DNA of 64,000 bases, taken from NCBI GenBank assembly GCA_964481485.1, contig CAYZVM010000004.1, forward strand, positions 681 to 64,680, written 5' to 3'. The notes below the pieces were generated by a model. It did no database searches. It was not told the DNA's origin and was given only the letters and a program-made list of their open reading frames with translations. The position numbers were made by a program, and so were the translations under genes. Of the stretch, positions 17,744-27,222 are shown piece after piece (within the stretch, counting starts at the first letter, position 1; every line of letters starts with the position of its first letter). The stretch comes from an uncultured Saprospiraceae bacterium (lineage in GTDB: Bacteria; Bacteroidota; Bacteroidia; Chitinophagales; Saprospiraceae).

Positions 17744-18688
17744 TTGAACCACCGCACTGTACCCATCCTGATTACTGTTTTGGCTGTTTGCCTGTCCTTT
17801 GTCCGGTGTGCCCGCGAAGTGATCATTGATTGGCCGGAAGAAGAGGCCAAGATTGTGACTATATGTCATTTCACTGCTGGGCAACCTTTCAAAGTGCGCG
17901 TTTCGCTGAGCCAACCTGTGTACGACACCCGCGCCCCCATAGTGCCTGCAAAAGTGGATGTCACGGTGGCGAAAGAGGGCGCTTTTTTAGATAAATTGTT
18001 TGAGGCCACTGACGACAACGGCAATCTCTACTGGGAGAGCCGCGACCTTGCCGAACAAGGCGTACCTTATTCAATCACAGTGCGATACACGGAATTCCCT
18101 GCTGCCGAGGCTGCCAGTTCTATCCCCGTTTTTTCTCCTTTGGAGCCCATACGCATCGTCGAATCGGGCATCAAGGAAACGCCTTTGGGCGACGGGCGGC
18201 GACTGCTGAGCATCCCGCTCACGTTGAAACTGAAGAACTTGCCCCCCGAAAAGCGATTTTTTGCATTTTACCTCAAACACGATTTGGATGTGGGCGAATT
18301 TGTGGACGGCGAGTGGGTCACGGATTTCACCTATGAAGGACTGGCGACCAATTACGCCGCCGACGGGCGCTCGCTCGCGCTCTGGCACGATTTGGAAGCA
18401 GAGCCGTTGGTAATGGTGAATGAAAAATTTTGGAGCGACAATCGCGATTCCATCATTCTGGATGCCCGGATCGCCTACAATCCTGCCGAACACGAAAAGC
18501 CGCGCAGGATTTATGTGGAATGGCGCACGCTCTCCGAAGAGTTTTACAAATATCACCTTTCGCTCGACCGGCAAGGCAGCACGCTCCCTTTGAGCGACCC
18601 CGACGCGGTGTACAATAATGTGCTAAATGGTTATGGGAATTTTTCCGGCTACTCAGTGCAAGTAGACACGGTTGAACTGCCGTTATAA
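17744..18688 (+). CDS. lipoprotein, DUF4249-like
   Basis: TTG start with no nearby ATG. Lipobox-like LAVCLSFVRC. Size and position next to a CarboxypepD_reg TonB-dependent receptor recall DUF4249. Confidence 0.4.
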   Translation: MNHRTVPILITVLAVCLSFVRCAREVIIDWPEEEAKIVTICHFTAGQPFKVRVSLSQPVYDTRAPIVPAKVDVTVAKEGAFLDKLFEATDDNGNLYWESRDLAEQGVPYSITVRYTEFPAAEAASSIPVFSPLEPIRIVESGIKETPLGDGRRLLSIPLTLKLKNLPPEKRFFAFYLKHDLDVGEFVDGEWVTDFTYEGLATNYAADGRSLALWHDLEAEPLVMVNEKFWSDNRDSIILDARIAYNPAEHEKPRRIYVEWRTLSEEFYKYHLSLDRQGSTLPLSDPDAVYNNVLNGYGNFSGYSVQVDTVELPL

Positions 18689-18711
18689 AAATGCTTTTCT
18701 CGCCGGTTTTC

Positions 18712-18756
18712 AATACAATGCGCCATTCTGACTGCAGAATGGCGCATTGTATTTTG
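18712..18756. terminator. bidirectional terminator hairpin (19-bp perfect stem)
   Basis: AATACAATGCGCCATTCTG-ACTG-CAGAATGGCGCATTGTATT followed by TTT, between convergent genes. Confidence 0.75.
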
Positions 18757-18791
18757 AATTGAATACCTCGAAAATTCCAGTTTCTGCCAAC

Positions 18792-21071
18792 TCAAAACTG
18801 GAAGGTGGCACTCAAACTCGGCAGAATCGGCAATTGGTTGACCCGCGAATACCGCACCCGGTCGAAGTAAAAAATGTTGGGTCGGTCGTACACATTGGTG
18901 GCAGAGGCCGTCACTTCGAGGTTGGTATATTTCGAGAATCGGAACATCCGTTTCACAGACACGTCAAGACGGTGGTAGTAGGGCAACCGCCCGCCGCCAC
19001 GTTTGTCGGCATAAACAATTCCGAGGTCGGGGTTGCCGCCCAATACATCTGTGCCGATTCCATCCTGATAGCCGAAACTAGTATAAAAACCTTGCGTCTG
19101 CGTGAAGGGAAAGCCGGAGCCAAAATTCCAGCGCGCACCAAATTCCCATTCGCGTTTTTTGCCAGCCTGATAGGAGGTCACGAGGTTCAGGTTGTGGCGG
19201 CGGTCAAACACTGGCGGGTATTCTTGCAGACCGTCATTCCGAGTCACAAAACCGAGCGAATAGGCAGTCCAGACATAAGCGCGTTTCAGTTCTACTTTCA
19301 TCGAAAAATCGAGGCCGTAGGCATCACCTGTTTCGGTGACAAAATCCGGGTCTTGCGGCAATTCCTTGTTGCGGTTCAGCGCGATCAATTGATTGAATTT
19401 CTTGTAGTAGCCCTCGACGTTTATGTCAACATTCCGTGTCACGTCCACTTCAAAACCCGCCACGCCATGTAGTGCTTTTTGCAAACGGCTGTCCGCACGC
19501 ACGGTAGAGTTTGGTTCGTAGATCGTTTCCTCCGGCCCGGAAAGGAATCCCACAAACAGGTTCACGACATCGCGCTCATTCACCGTAGAGAGCAGGTTTT
19601 GGGAATAAATGCCGCCCGCCGCCTTGAATCGAAGGTTGTCGGTGATATTGTATTTCATTCCGAGGCGCGGCTCTGCCACTGCCTCGCCGAGCGATTGGTA
19701 ATATTGCATTCTAAGTCCGGGCTCTATCACCAATGAGCCGATTTTGCGTTTCCAGCGCATGTAACCGCTGATTTCGGTCGTGTTTTCTGTTTGGTCAATA
19801 GTAAGGCCCAAGAAGTTGATAAATTCAAATTCCGTGCGGAACCCTGTCAACTCGATACCATATTCGAGTTCGCTGTTTCTGCCGAAATTGGTAAAGTTCA
19901 AACCTCCGTAGAACCCCGAAATACCGCTCCGGCGCGGGCGGCGATCCGATTCTTCAATGCGCGAATCGTATTTCGAAAAAGTAAAAATGCCGTTGATGAT
20001 TGTGCTGGAGTTGGCAGGAATGAGCGTGAAGTCGGTACCGCCGCCACTGCTGCTCCAGCTGAAATCGGCAATGGGAAAATTAACGCGGTCGTCGTAGTTG
20101 AACCCAAAAAAGTTGAGTTTGCTGCCGTTGCCGGTCAGGAGCGAAATTTTACCGTAGAAATCTTCGTAGTCAAAAGGAATGCCCACCGAATCGTTGGCAT
20201 AGCTGTACAGCTTGTCGTCAAATTGGTTGATGAGCGCCTTTTTGCCCGTCAGCACAAACGAGATACTGCTGCCGCCGCTTTCCCTCAGCGGGACGAGCGG
20301 GCCTTCGATGATGGCTTTTGCCTGAAAAGGGCTGGCCGATACCAAGCCCGACAGTCGTTTGCGGTTGCCTTCGCGGGTTTTCACGTCCACGATGGCCGAT
20401 ATGCGCCCGCCGTAGTCGGCATTGAAACCGCCGGTGAGCACGTCCACGTTGCGGATGAGTTCGGTTTCAAATACCGAGAAAAAGCCGATGCTGTGAAAGG
20501 GGTTGTAAATCGTCATCCCGTCGAGCAGGATGCGGTTTTGCACGGGCGAGCCGCCCCGGATATAGAGTTGCCCACCTTGGTCGCCGGTGAAAATCACGCC
20601 CGGCAGCACGGTGAGGTACTGCGCGATGTCCGATTGGCCGCCCGCTGAGGGCAGGGAGCGAATTTGTTTGGGCGTCACCGAAAGTTTTGAGATTTGCACA
20701 TCGGCTTTTGCCTGTTCTTTTTTCCCGCTAATGGTGATTTCGTCAATTTTTTGGCCGCTCTCCGTCATGTAGATATTTTGGAACAAAATCTCGCCGCGTT
20801 TGACGGTAATATCACCCGTGTAAGTGTCGTAGCCCGTGAGCGACACCACTATCCTGTGTTCGCCTGGAGGCACCTGCGGGATGGAAAAAAATCCGTTCAC
20901 GTCCGCAATCGTGCCTAAGTTGGCACCTTCTATGCGCACGGTGGCGAACCCGACCGATTGGGTGGATTCTTTGTCGAAAATGTTGCCGCGAACGGTGCCC
21001 AAGTCGGTTTTTTGCGCAGAAAGCAAGACACTGGAAAGGATTAAAATAGCTAAGCAAAGTAGATTTCTCAT
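18792..21071 (-). CDS. TonB-dependent receptor (CarboxypepD_reg-plug-barrel)
   Basis: ATG at 21071 with signal peptide. GTVRGNIFDK..GFATVRIEG carboxypeptidase-regulatory-like start. About 760 aa, ending in an aromatic residue (..SATFQF). Confidence 0.8.
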   Translation of the reverse strand: MRNLLCLAILILSSVLLSAQKTDLGTVRGNIFDKESTQSVGFATVRIEGANLGTIADVNGFFSIPQVPPGEHRIVVSLTGYDTYTGDITVKRGEILFQNIYMTESGQKIDEITISGKKEQAKADVQISKLSVTPKQIRSLPSAGGQSDIAQYLTVLPGVIFTGDQGGQLYIRGGSPVQNRILLDGMTIYNPFHSIGFFSVFETELIRNVDVLTGGFNADYGGRISAIVDVKTREGNRKRLSGLVSASPFQAKAIIEGPLVPLRESGGSSISFVLTGKKALINQFDDKLYSYANDSVGIPFDYEDFYGKISLLTGNGSKLNFFGFNYDDRVNFPIADFSWSSSGGGTDFTLIPANSSTIINGIFTFSKYDSRIEESDRRPRRSGISGFYGGLNFTNFGRNSELEYGIELTGFRTEFEFINFLGLTIDQTENTTEISGYMRWKRKIGSLVIEPGLRMQYYQSLGEAVAEPRLGMKYNITDNLRFKAAGGIYSQNLLSTVNERDVVNLFVGFLSGPEETIYEPNSTVRADSRLQKALHGVAGFEVDVTRNVDINVEGYYKKFNQLIALNRNKELPQDPDFVTETGDAYGLDFSMKVELKRAYVWTAYSLGFVTRNDGLQEYPPVFDRRHNLNLVTSYQAGKKREWEFGARWNFGSGFPFTQTQGFYTSFGYQDGIGTDVLGGNPDLGIVYADKRGGGRLPYYHRLDVSVKRMFRFSKYTNLEVTASATNVYDRPNIFYFDRVRYSRVNQLPILPSLSATFQF

Positions 21072-21097
21072 CGAATATTTATTGTGTTTGGCGGCGG

Positions 21098-21105
21098 CAA
21101 AGATA
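21098..21105 (-). promoter_or_regulatory. candidate -7 box (TATCTTTG) for the TonB-dependent receptor
   Basis: Matches TAnnTTTG about 27 nt upstream of the ATG at 21071. Confidence 0.35.
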
Positions 21106-21169
21106 GCTGTACCTTGGTATTTCGCTCTGGAAGAAAAAGATAGTTGTTGACAATCTCTTTGATTCCGCG

Positions 21170-21196
21170 TTGCTGTACCCTCTTTCGCTACTTTTG
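21170..21196 (+). promoter_or_regulatory. candidate promoter of the sulP-like operon
   Basis: TTG at 21170-21172, 16-nt spacer, TACTTTTG at 21189-21196. ATG at 21237. Confidence 0.45.
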
Positions 21197-21236
21197 CTGC
21201 CACTTTGAAGGCAAAACAACTCAGGCGAATTTATTT

Positions 21237-22865
21237 ATGAAAATTAAAACAGGCGACCTTTTTGGCGGTCTCACCGCAGGCATCGTGGCGCTGCCATTGG
21301 CTCTGGCATTTGGCGTACAGTCAGGCATGGGTGCTGCTGCCGGGCTTTATGGGGCCATTATCTTAGGTTTTTTCGCAGCCATATTTGGCGGCACGCCTTC
21401 TCAAATCAGCGGCCCTACTGGACCAATGACGGTGGTGACAGCTACTTTGGTGGCTGGACTGGTAGCCCAAAGTGGCGGTTTGGAACAATCAATGGGAGCC
21501 ATCGTGATGGCTTTTTTTCTGGGCGGCGCGTTCCAGGTGTTGTTTGGCGTATTGCAACTCGGCAGTTACATCCGCTTCATTCCCTACCCTGTCATTTCGG
21601 GTTTTATGAGCGGCATCGGGTTCATTATCATTCTGTTACAATTGTTCCCTGCGATGGGGCTGATCTCACCGGCTTCTACTTATGAGGTGTTGAGCAACAT
21701 CCGCCAATTGTTCGCCGAGATGAACGTGGCCGCCTTGGCACTATCGCTGCTGTCCATCGCAACCATATACCTTTTTCCAAAAATCACCTCCAAAATCCCC
21801 AGCACGTTGGTGGCACTCATCATTGCCACGATAATTTCTGTGGTGGCAGGTTTGGAAGTGCCGCGCATCGGCGATATCCCCACCGGCTTGCCGCCATTCC
21901 TAGGTATAGGAATGTTCAATATCTCCGCTGGCCAAATCCAGACCATTCTCGCCGCCGCGCTCACCTTGGCAGCACTCGGCAGCATTGACTCGCTGCTTAC
22001 TTCCGTGGTGGCCGACAATGTGACGAAAACCCGCCACAACAGCAATAAAGAACTTATTGGGCAGGGTATCGGCAATTCTATCGGCGGCCTTTTTGGTGGC
22101 TTGCCCGGCGCAGGAGCCACCATGCGCACCCTCGTCAATATCCGCGCGGGCGGCTCGGGGCGGCTTTCTGGGGCGGTGCATTCCCTTACTTTAGTGGTCG
22201 TGTTGCTGGGTGCGGGCAGTTACGCGGCACTGATTCCCAAATCGGTATTAGCCGGCATCCTCATCACAGTGGGCATGGGCATATTGGATTATCGCGGATT
22301 CCGACATATCGCGAAAGTGCCAAAATCAGATGTAGTGGTGATGATAACCGTGCTGGTGCTAACGGTTTTTGTAGATTTGCTGACGGCCGTTGGGGTAGGC
22401 ATGTTGGTCGCCTCTGTGTTTTTTATGAAAAAAATGAGTGAGGTGGTGGAGGAAAAATTCACAGACGAGAGCGTGCATGAAATTGTGCCTGAGGCATTTT
22501 GGGAAGACGAAAAAATTCCTGAGAACTTGAAAGACAACATTTTAATCAAACACCTCGACGGGCCGTTGTTTTTTGGTTTTGCCGCAAGATTTCAGGAATT
22601 GGCCAACCGATTGCCAAAAGTGCGCTACCTCATCATCCGAATGAAGCGGGTTCCTTACATAGACCAAAGCGGCCTGTACGCGCTCGAAGAAGCCATCCTC
22701 GCGATGGAACAACGCGGCATCCATGTTTTGCTCAGTGGCTTGCAGACACAGCCACGCGATCTGCTCGAGCGCGTGCGCGTTATCCCCGATCTGGTGCCGG
22801 AGGAAAACATTTTCACGAACTTCGAGGATTGTCTGAATTGGTTGAAAAACAAGAACTTGCCTTGA
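21237..22865 (+). CDS. SulP family anion transporter with C-terminal STAS domain
   Basis: GDLFGGLTAGIVALPLALAFG start, about 11 TM segments, STAS-like C-terminus (IKHLDGPLFFG...YIDQSGLYALEE). Confidence 0.85.
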   Translation: MKIKTGDLFGGLTAGIVALPLALAFGVQSGMGAAAGLYGAIILGFFAAIFGGTPSQISGPTGPMTVVTATLVAGLVAQSGGLEQSMGAIVMAFFLGGAFQVLFGVLQLGSYIRFIPYPVISGFMSGIGFIIILLQLFPAMGLISPASTYEVLSNIRQLFAEMNVAALALSLLSIATIYLFPKITSKIPSTLVALIIATIISVVAGLEVPRIGDIPTGLPPFLGIGMFNISAGQIQTILAAALTLAALGSIDSLLTSVVADNVTKTRHNSNKELIGQGIGNSIGGLFGGLPGAGATMRTLVNIRAGGSGRLSGAVHSLTLVVVLLGAGSYAALIPKSVLAGILITVGMGILDYRGFRHIAKVPKSDVVVMITVLVLTVFVDLLTAVGVGMLVASVFFMKKMSEVVEEKFTDESVHEIVPEAFWEDEKIPENLKDNILIKHLDGPLFFGFAARFQELANRLPKVRYLIIRMKRVPYIDQSGLYALEEAILAMEQRGIHVLLSGLQTQPRDLLERVRVIPDLVPEENIFTNFEDCLNWLKNKNLP

Positions 22866-24070
22866 TGCCCTACGACATCCTCATCGCCGGGGGCGGCATC
22901 GTCGGACTCGCCACCGCCCTCCAACTTCAGCGCCGCAACCCACGTCTGCGCATTGCCATTTTGGAAAAAGAAAACCAAGTGGCCGTCCACCAAAGCAGCC
23001 ACAACAGCGGTGTCATCCACAGCGGGATTTATTACAAACCCGGCAGCCTGCGCGCCACGAACTGCAAACGCGGCTACGACTTAATGCTCCAATTTTGCCG
23101 GGAAAATGAGGTGCCGTTTGACATTTGCGGAAAAATCATCGTCGCGGCGGAAGAGAGCGAGCGCGGCCAATTGGACAAAATTTACCAGCGTGGCCTCGAA
23201 AATGGCCTGACCGGCATCCGAAAAATCAGCCCCGCCGAAGCCCGCGACGTTGAGCCGCACGTCCGCACCGTCGAGGCCGTTTGGGTGCCACAGGCTGGCA
23301 TCGTGGATTATGGCGAGGTCGCACGGAAATACGCGGAGTTGATTCAAAAAAACGGAGGCGAGATTCACTTGGGGCAAAAAGTAAAAACCGTTCGAACGCA
23401 AGGCGGGGAAGTTATCGTTCAAAGTGAAAATCAAGAATTTAAGGGCAAAATATTTGTCAATTGCGCGGGTCTTTATTCCGATAAAATCGCCCAACTGACG
23501 GGCGAAAAACCTGACCTGCAAATCCTTCCTTTTCGCGGCGAATACTACGAGTTGAAACATGAACGCCAGCACCTCGTCCGCAACCTGATTTACCCCGTGC
23601 CAAATCCCAACTTCCCTTTTCTCGGTGTACATTTTACCCGCATGATTCAGGGTGGCATCGAAGCCGGGCCGAACGCCGTGTTGGCGTTTCGCCGCGAAGG
23701 ATATTCGCGTTGGGATGTGAATATCAAAGAATTAGCCGAAACACTGGCCTTCCCCGGCTTCCGAAAAATAGCCCGAAAATATTGGCGCGACGGCTGGAAG
23801 GAGATGCAGCGCTCCTACTCAAAGCACCATTTTGTACTTGCTTTGCAGCGTCTTGTGCCGGAAATTTTGGCTGAGGATCTGACGCCCGGTCGAGCGGGCG
23901 TACGCGCCATGGCCTGCGACCGCGTGGGCAACCTGCTCGACGATTTTCTCATCCTCACCCGGCCCCGCATCGTCAATGTCTGCAACGCGCCCAGCCCGGC
24001 GGCCACTGCTTCGCTGGCTGTGGGCGAGACGGTGACGGAGAAAGTTTTAGTTATGAGCCATGCGTTATGA
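22865..24070 (+). CDS. lhgO: L-2-hydroxyglutarate oxidase (FAD-dependent)
   Basis: ATG at 22865 overlaps the sulP stop (TGATG). YDILIAGGGIVGLATA Rossmann motif and HQSSHNSGVIHSGIYYKPGS block typical of LhgO. Confidence 0.75.
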   Translation: MPYDILIAGGGIVGLATALQLQRRNPRLRIAILEKENQVAVHQSSHNSGVIHSGIYYKPGSLRATNCKRGYDLMLQFCRENEVPFDICGKIIVAAEESERGQLDKIYQRGLENGLTGIRKISPAEARDVEPHVRTVEAVWVPQAGIVDYGEVARKYAELIQKNGGEIHLGQKVKTVRTQGGEVIVQSENQEFKGKIFVNCAGLYSDKIAQLTGEKPDLQILPFRGEYYELKHERQHLVRNLIYPVPNPNFPFLGVHFTRMIQGGIEAGPNAVLAFRREGYSRWDVNIKELAETLAFPGFRKIARKYWRDGWKEMQRSYSKHHFVLALQRLVPEILAEDLTPGRAGVRAMACDRVGNLLDDFLILTRPRIVNVCNAPSPAATASLAVGETVTEKVLVMSHAL

Positions 24071-25425
24071 GTCAGGTAGTCATTGAGACTTCTTTTGCTT
24101 TTCAACCCGAAAAAGCATATTGCTTCCACGTTCTCTTGCGCGAGTTGCTGGGACTGGAGTATCGCGTCGTTGTTTCGGAACATGAAAAAAACTACCGGCT
24201 GCGACTGCCGAACGGGGCGGAAATTATTGTCGAAGACCATTTTTTTTCGCATCAAAAACACGGCGATTTTCTCCGCCCGGAAAACTTGCCGACCGATGCG
24301 GCGACCTTTCCCTCACCCTTCGACGACAGCCTCCTGACCTCCATTTTCGGTCACAACTACTTCGTTTTCAATGAAAAAGAAATCCGTTGCGGCCTCGATG
24401 TTTTTGCTTCCTCCTTCTTTATGCTCACGCGCTGGGAGGAATTTGTGTCAACCCGCCTTGATTCTTGCGGCGGTCAAGAAGCCCGCGACCAACACGGGCG
24501 TTTTCCGGCAGACAAATCTTTGGCTTACCGCGCCGGATTCCTCGACCGCCCGGTGGTGAACGAATATGCCGAACTGCTCTGGCAGATGTTTGCTCGGCTG
24601 GGCTGGGCGCCGCCAAAACCAAAACGGAACTTCAAACTGACGGTTACTTGCGACGTGGACCACCCGCGCTTGTGGTGGTCGGGGACAGATAGGTTGAAAA
24701 CTTTGGGAGGAAGCATTTTCAAACGCGGCGATTTTAGAGAGGCCGGTTTTTGGCTGAAAAATCATATTTTTCAAAAGCAAGACCCATACGACGTGTTCGA
24801 CGAGTGGCTGGGTATATTTGAAAAAAACGGCCTCCAGGGATATTTCAATTTTTTGGGGAAACGCCCGCCTTCGAGCGATTGCTGGTATCTGCTGGAACAT
24901 CCGTTTGTCAAAAATTTGATAGAAAAAATTGCCGCGCTCGGCCATAACGTTGGCTTTCACCCTTCTTACGAAGCCTTTGATAATCAGGAAGTTTTTGAAC
25001 AAGAACTCGCCTCGCTGCGAGCGCTCTCCCCTACCCCAATCGTCACGGGGCGACAACATTATCTGCGTTTTGCTGCGCCGCACACTTGGCAGGTTTGGGA
25101 GGATGCGGGCATGGATTGGGATTCCACGCTGGGCTACCCGGAGGCCGAGGGATTTCGCTGCGGTATTTGTCAGGATTTTCCGGTGTTCAATTTTTTGACG
25201 CGTAAAATGCTGAATCTGAGAGAAAAACCGCTCCTCGCGATGGACGTGACGCTGGCGCTCTACCAGAAATATTCGCCTGAAACGGCGTTTGAAAAACTCC
25301 ATCAACTGCGGCGACAGGTGGAGCGGCACGGCGGGGAGTTTGTTTTGCTTTGGCACAATTCTTCATGGAACACCTACTTTTGGGCCGACTGGCGCGAGGT
25401 GTTTCGCGCTTTTGTTTCACAGTAA
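24067..25425 (+). CDS. polysaccharide deacetylase-like protein
   Basis: ATGA overlap with the lhgO stop. 452 aa. TVTCDVDHP and GFHPSYEAF blocks suggest a CE4-like fold. Assignment is tentative. Confidence 0.45.
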   Translation: MSQVVIETSFAFQPEKAYCFHVLLRELLGLEYRVVVSEHEKNYRLRLPNGAEIIVEDHFFSHQKHGDFLRPENLPTDAATFPSPFDDSLLTSIFGHNYFVFNEKEIRCGLDVFASSFFMLTRWEEFVSTRLDSCGGQEARDQHGRFPADKSLAYRAGFLDRPVVNEYAELLWQMFARLGWAPPKPKRNFKLTVTCDVDHPRLWWSGTDRLKTLGGSIFKRGDFREAGFWLKNHIFQKQDPYDVFDEWLGIFEKNGLQGYFNFLGKRPPSSDCWYLLEHPFVKNLIEKIAALGHNVGFHPSYEAFDNQEVFEQELASLRALSPTPIVTGRQHYLRFAAPHTWQVWEDAGMDWDSTLGYPEAEGFRCGICQDFPVFNFLTRKMLNLREKPLLAMDVTLALYQKYSPETAFEKLHQLRRQVERHGGEFVLLWHNSSWNTYFWADWREVFRAFVSQ

Positions 25426-25432
25426 AGTATTC

Positions 25433-27211
25433 ATGTCCAGATATTTATACCATTTTTTGTACAGCAGAACGATATTCCGCCGTACATCTCCGACACGTTT
25501 ACGAAACTTTGAAAGTTTCGTAAACGTCCGCCTCTTTCCCCTTTTTCCGCTGCTACTTTTTCCGTATCTCCTTTCTGCTCAATCTTCCGGCATCCCGCTG
25601 CACGCGCCAACTTACCACCTCCTCGACAGGTTGGAAATTCTGAGCGGCGTGGCAAGCCCGATTCACCCAGAACTCAAATTTTTTCCCCGACAGGATGCCG
25701 CAGACTACGCGCTCGCGCTGGATTCCCTGCGGGGCGAACTGACTTGGCGCGACCACGCCGATTTGCAGTATATTTTTGACGACAACAACGACTGCGTGGC
25801 CGATACCGGCCTCTGCCAGCGCAATCAAAAAGGGTTGTTCAAGGTGTTTTACAAAACACCCGCGAACTTTTTTGAGGTGAATACGAAGGATTTTAAGTTG
25901 CGGGCCAACCCAATATTCAATTTCCACATTGGCCAACAAAAAGACGACCCGGAATTGATGTTCATGAACCAGCGCGGCCTCGAAGTGCGCGGCTCGGTGG
26001 ACGACAAGTTGTTCTTTTACACCAACTTAGTGGAATCTCAAGTGCGTTTTGCCGACTATGTGACGGAGCGCGTGGAGGAATTTAAGGCGATTCCTTACGC
26101 CGGAAATTTCAAACGATACAACCCGCGCGTGCTCGACGTGACCGATGCCTACGACTTCAATCAGGCGACGGCCTACCTTTCGTTCCAAGCCACCAAACAC
26201 GTCGGGGTACAGTTGGGCCACGGCAAACATTTCATCGGCAACGGCTACCGCTCCATGTTCCTTTCCGATGCCAACAATTATGCTTTTTACCTCAAACTGA
26301 ACACCCGCGTTTGGAAATTTCACTACCAAAATCTGTTTCTGGAACTCAGCCCGATTGGTGCCAATGATTTCGGCAACAACATCCGCATCCCGAAAAAATA
26401 TATCGCCGCGCACTATCTCAACTATCGAATCACCCCAAAACTTTCCGTCGGATTGTTTGAGGCGACGGTGTTCAACCGGAGCCAACAGTTTGAATTGCAA
26501 TATCTTAACCCGCTCATACTTTACCGAACGGTGGAAGGCATGATTGGCAGCCCCGATAATGTATTGGTGGGTTTTGATGCCCGCTGGAATTTCCTCGACC
26601 GCTTCCAATTGTACAGCCAATTTTTGCTCGACGAGTTTCTATTTTCCGCCGTCGTGCAGCCCGAAGAAAAAGGTTGGTGGGGCAACAAACACAGTTTTCA
26701 GACGGGTGTGAAATACATCAACGCCCTCGGCGTGGATCATCTTGACCTGCAAGTGGAGTATAATATGGTGCGGCCATACACCTACTCGCACGGCGATTCG
26801 CTCAATGCCTACACGCACTACAACCAGCCTTTGGCGCATCCTTTGTTGTCCAATTTCAAGGAAGTCGTCTGCATAGCGCGGTATCAGCCCACGCCCCGAC
26901 TCCACCTGACAGCGCGGTACATCCGTTCAAATCTCGGCGAAAATACTCCGACCGAAAACTGGGGCGCCAATCCGCTGCTCCCCAACGGCAACAGGGTGCA
27001 GGATTATGGCAATGAGACCGGGCAAGGTGTAGCGGCCACGATTGACATTTTTGGGCTTGATATTTCGTGGATGCTCTACCACAACCTGTACGTTGATTTG
27101 AAATATTTGCTGCGCAATAAAGACAGCGCCGACAATGCCCTCGATTTGAAAACCAACCTTTTTGGCCTCGGCCTGCGCATGAATATTTGGAATCAAAACC
27201 TTGATTTTTAA
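25433..27211 (+). CDS. capsule assembly Wzi-like outer-membrane protein
   Basis: ATG at 25433. Long N-region then hydrophobic LFPLFPLLLFPYLLSAQS. HAPTYHLLDRLEILSG start recalled from Wzi family proteins. Ends in F. Confidence 0.5.
   Translation: MSRYLYHFLYSRTIFRRTSPTRLRNFESFVNVRLFPLFPLLLFPYLLSAQSSGIPLHAPTYHLLDRLEILSGVASPIHPELKFFPRQDAADYALALDSLRGELTWRDHADLQYIFDDNNDCVADTGLCQRNQKGLFKVFYKTPANFFEVNTKDFKLRANPIFNFHIGQQKDDPELMFMNQRGLEVRGSVDDKLFFYTNLVESQVRFADYVTERVEEFKAIPYAGNFKRYNPRVLDVTDAYDFNQATAYLSFQATKHVGVQLGHGKHFIGNGYRSMFLSDANNYAFYLKLNTRVWKFHYQNLFLELSPIGANDFGNNIRIPKKYIAAHYLNYRITPKLSVGLFEATVFNRSQQFELQYLNPLILYRTVEGMIGSPDNVLVGFDARWNFLDRFQLYSQFLLDEFLFSAVVQPEEKGWWGNKHSFQTGVKYINALGVDHLDLQVEYNMVRPYTYSHGDSLNAYTHYNQPLAHPLLSNFKEVVCIARYQPTPRLHLTARYIRSNLGENTPTENWGANPLLPNGNRVQDYGNETGQGVAATIDIFGLDISWMLYHNLYVDLKYLLRNKDSADNALDLKTNLFGLGLRMNIWNQNLDF
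25495..25527. repeat. perfect 33-bp palindrome inside the 5' end of the Wzi-like CDS
   Basis: ACGTTTACGAAACTTT-G-AAAGTTTCGTAAACGT, encoding ..TRLRNFESFVNV.. in frame. Confidence 0.9.
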
Positions 27212-27222
27212 AAACTTAAATA

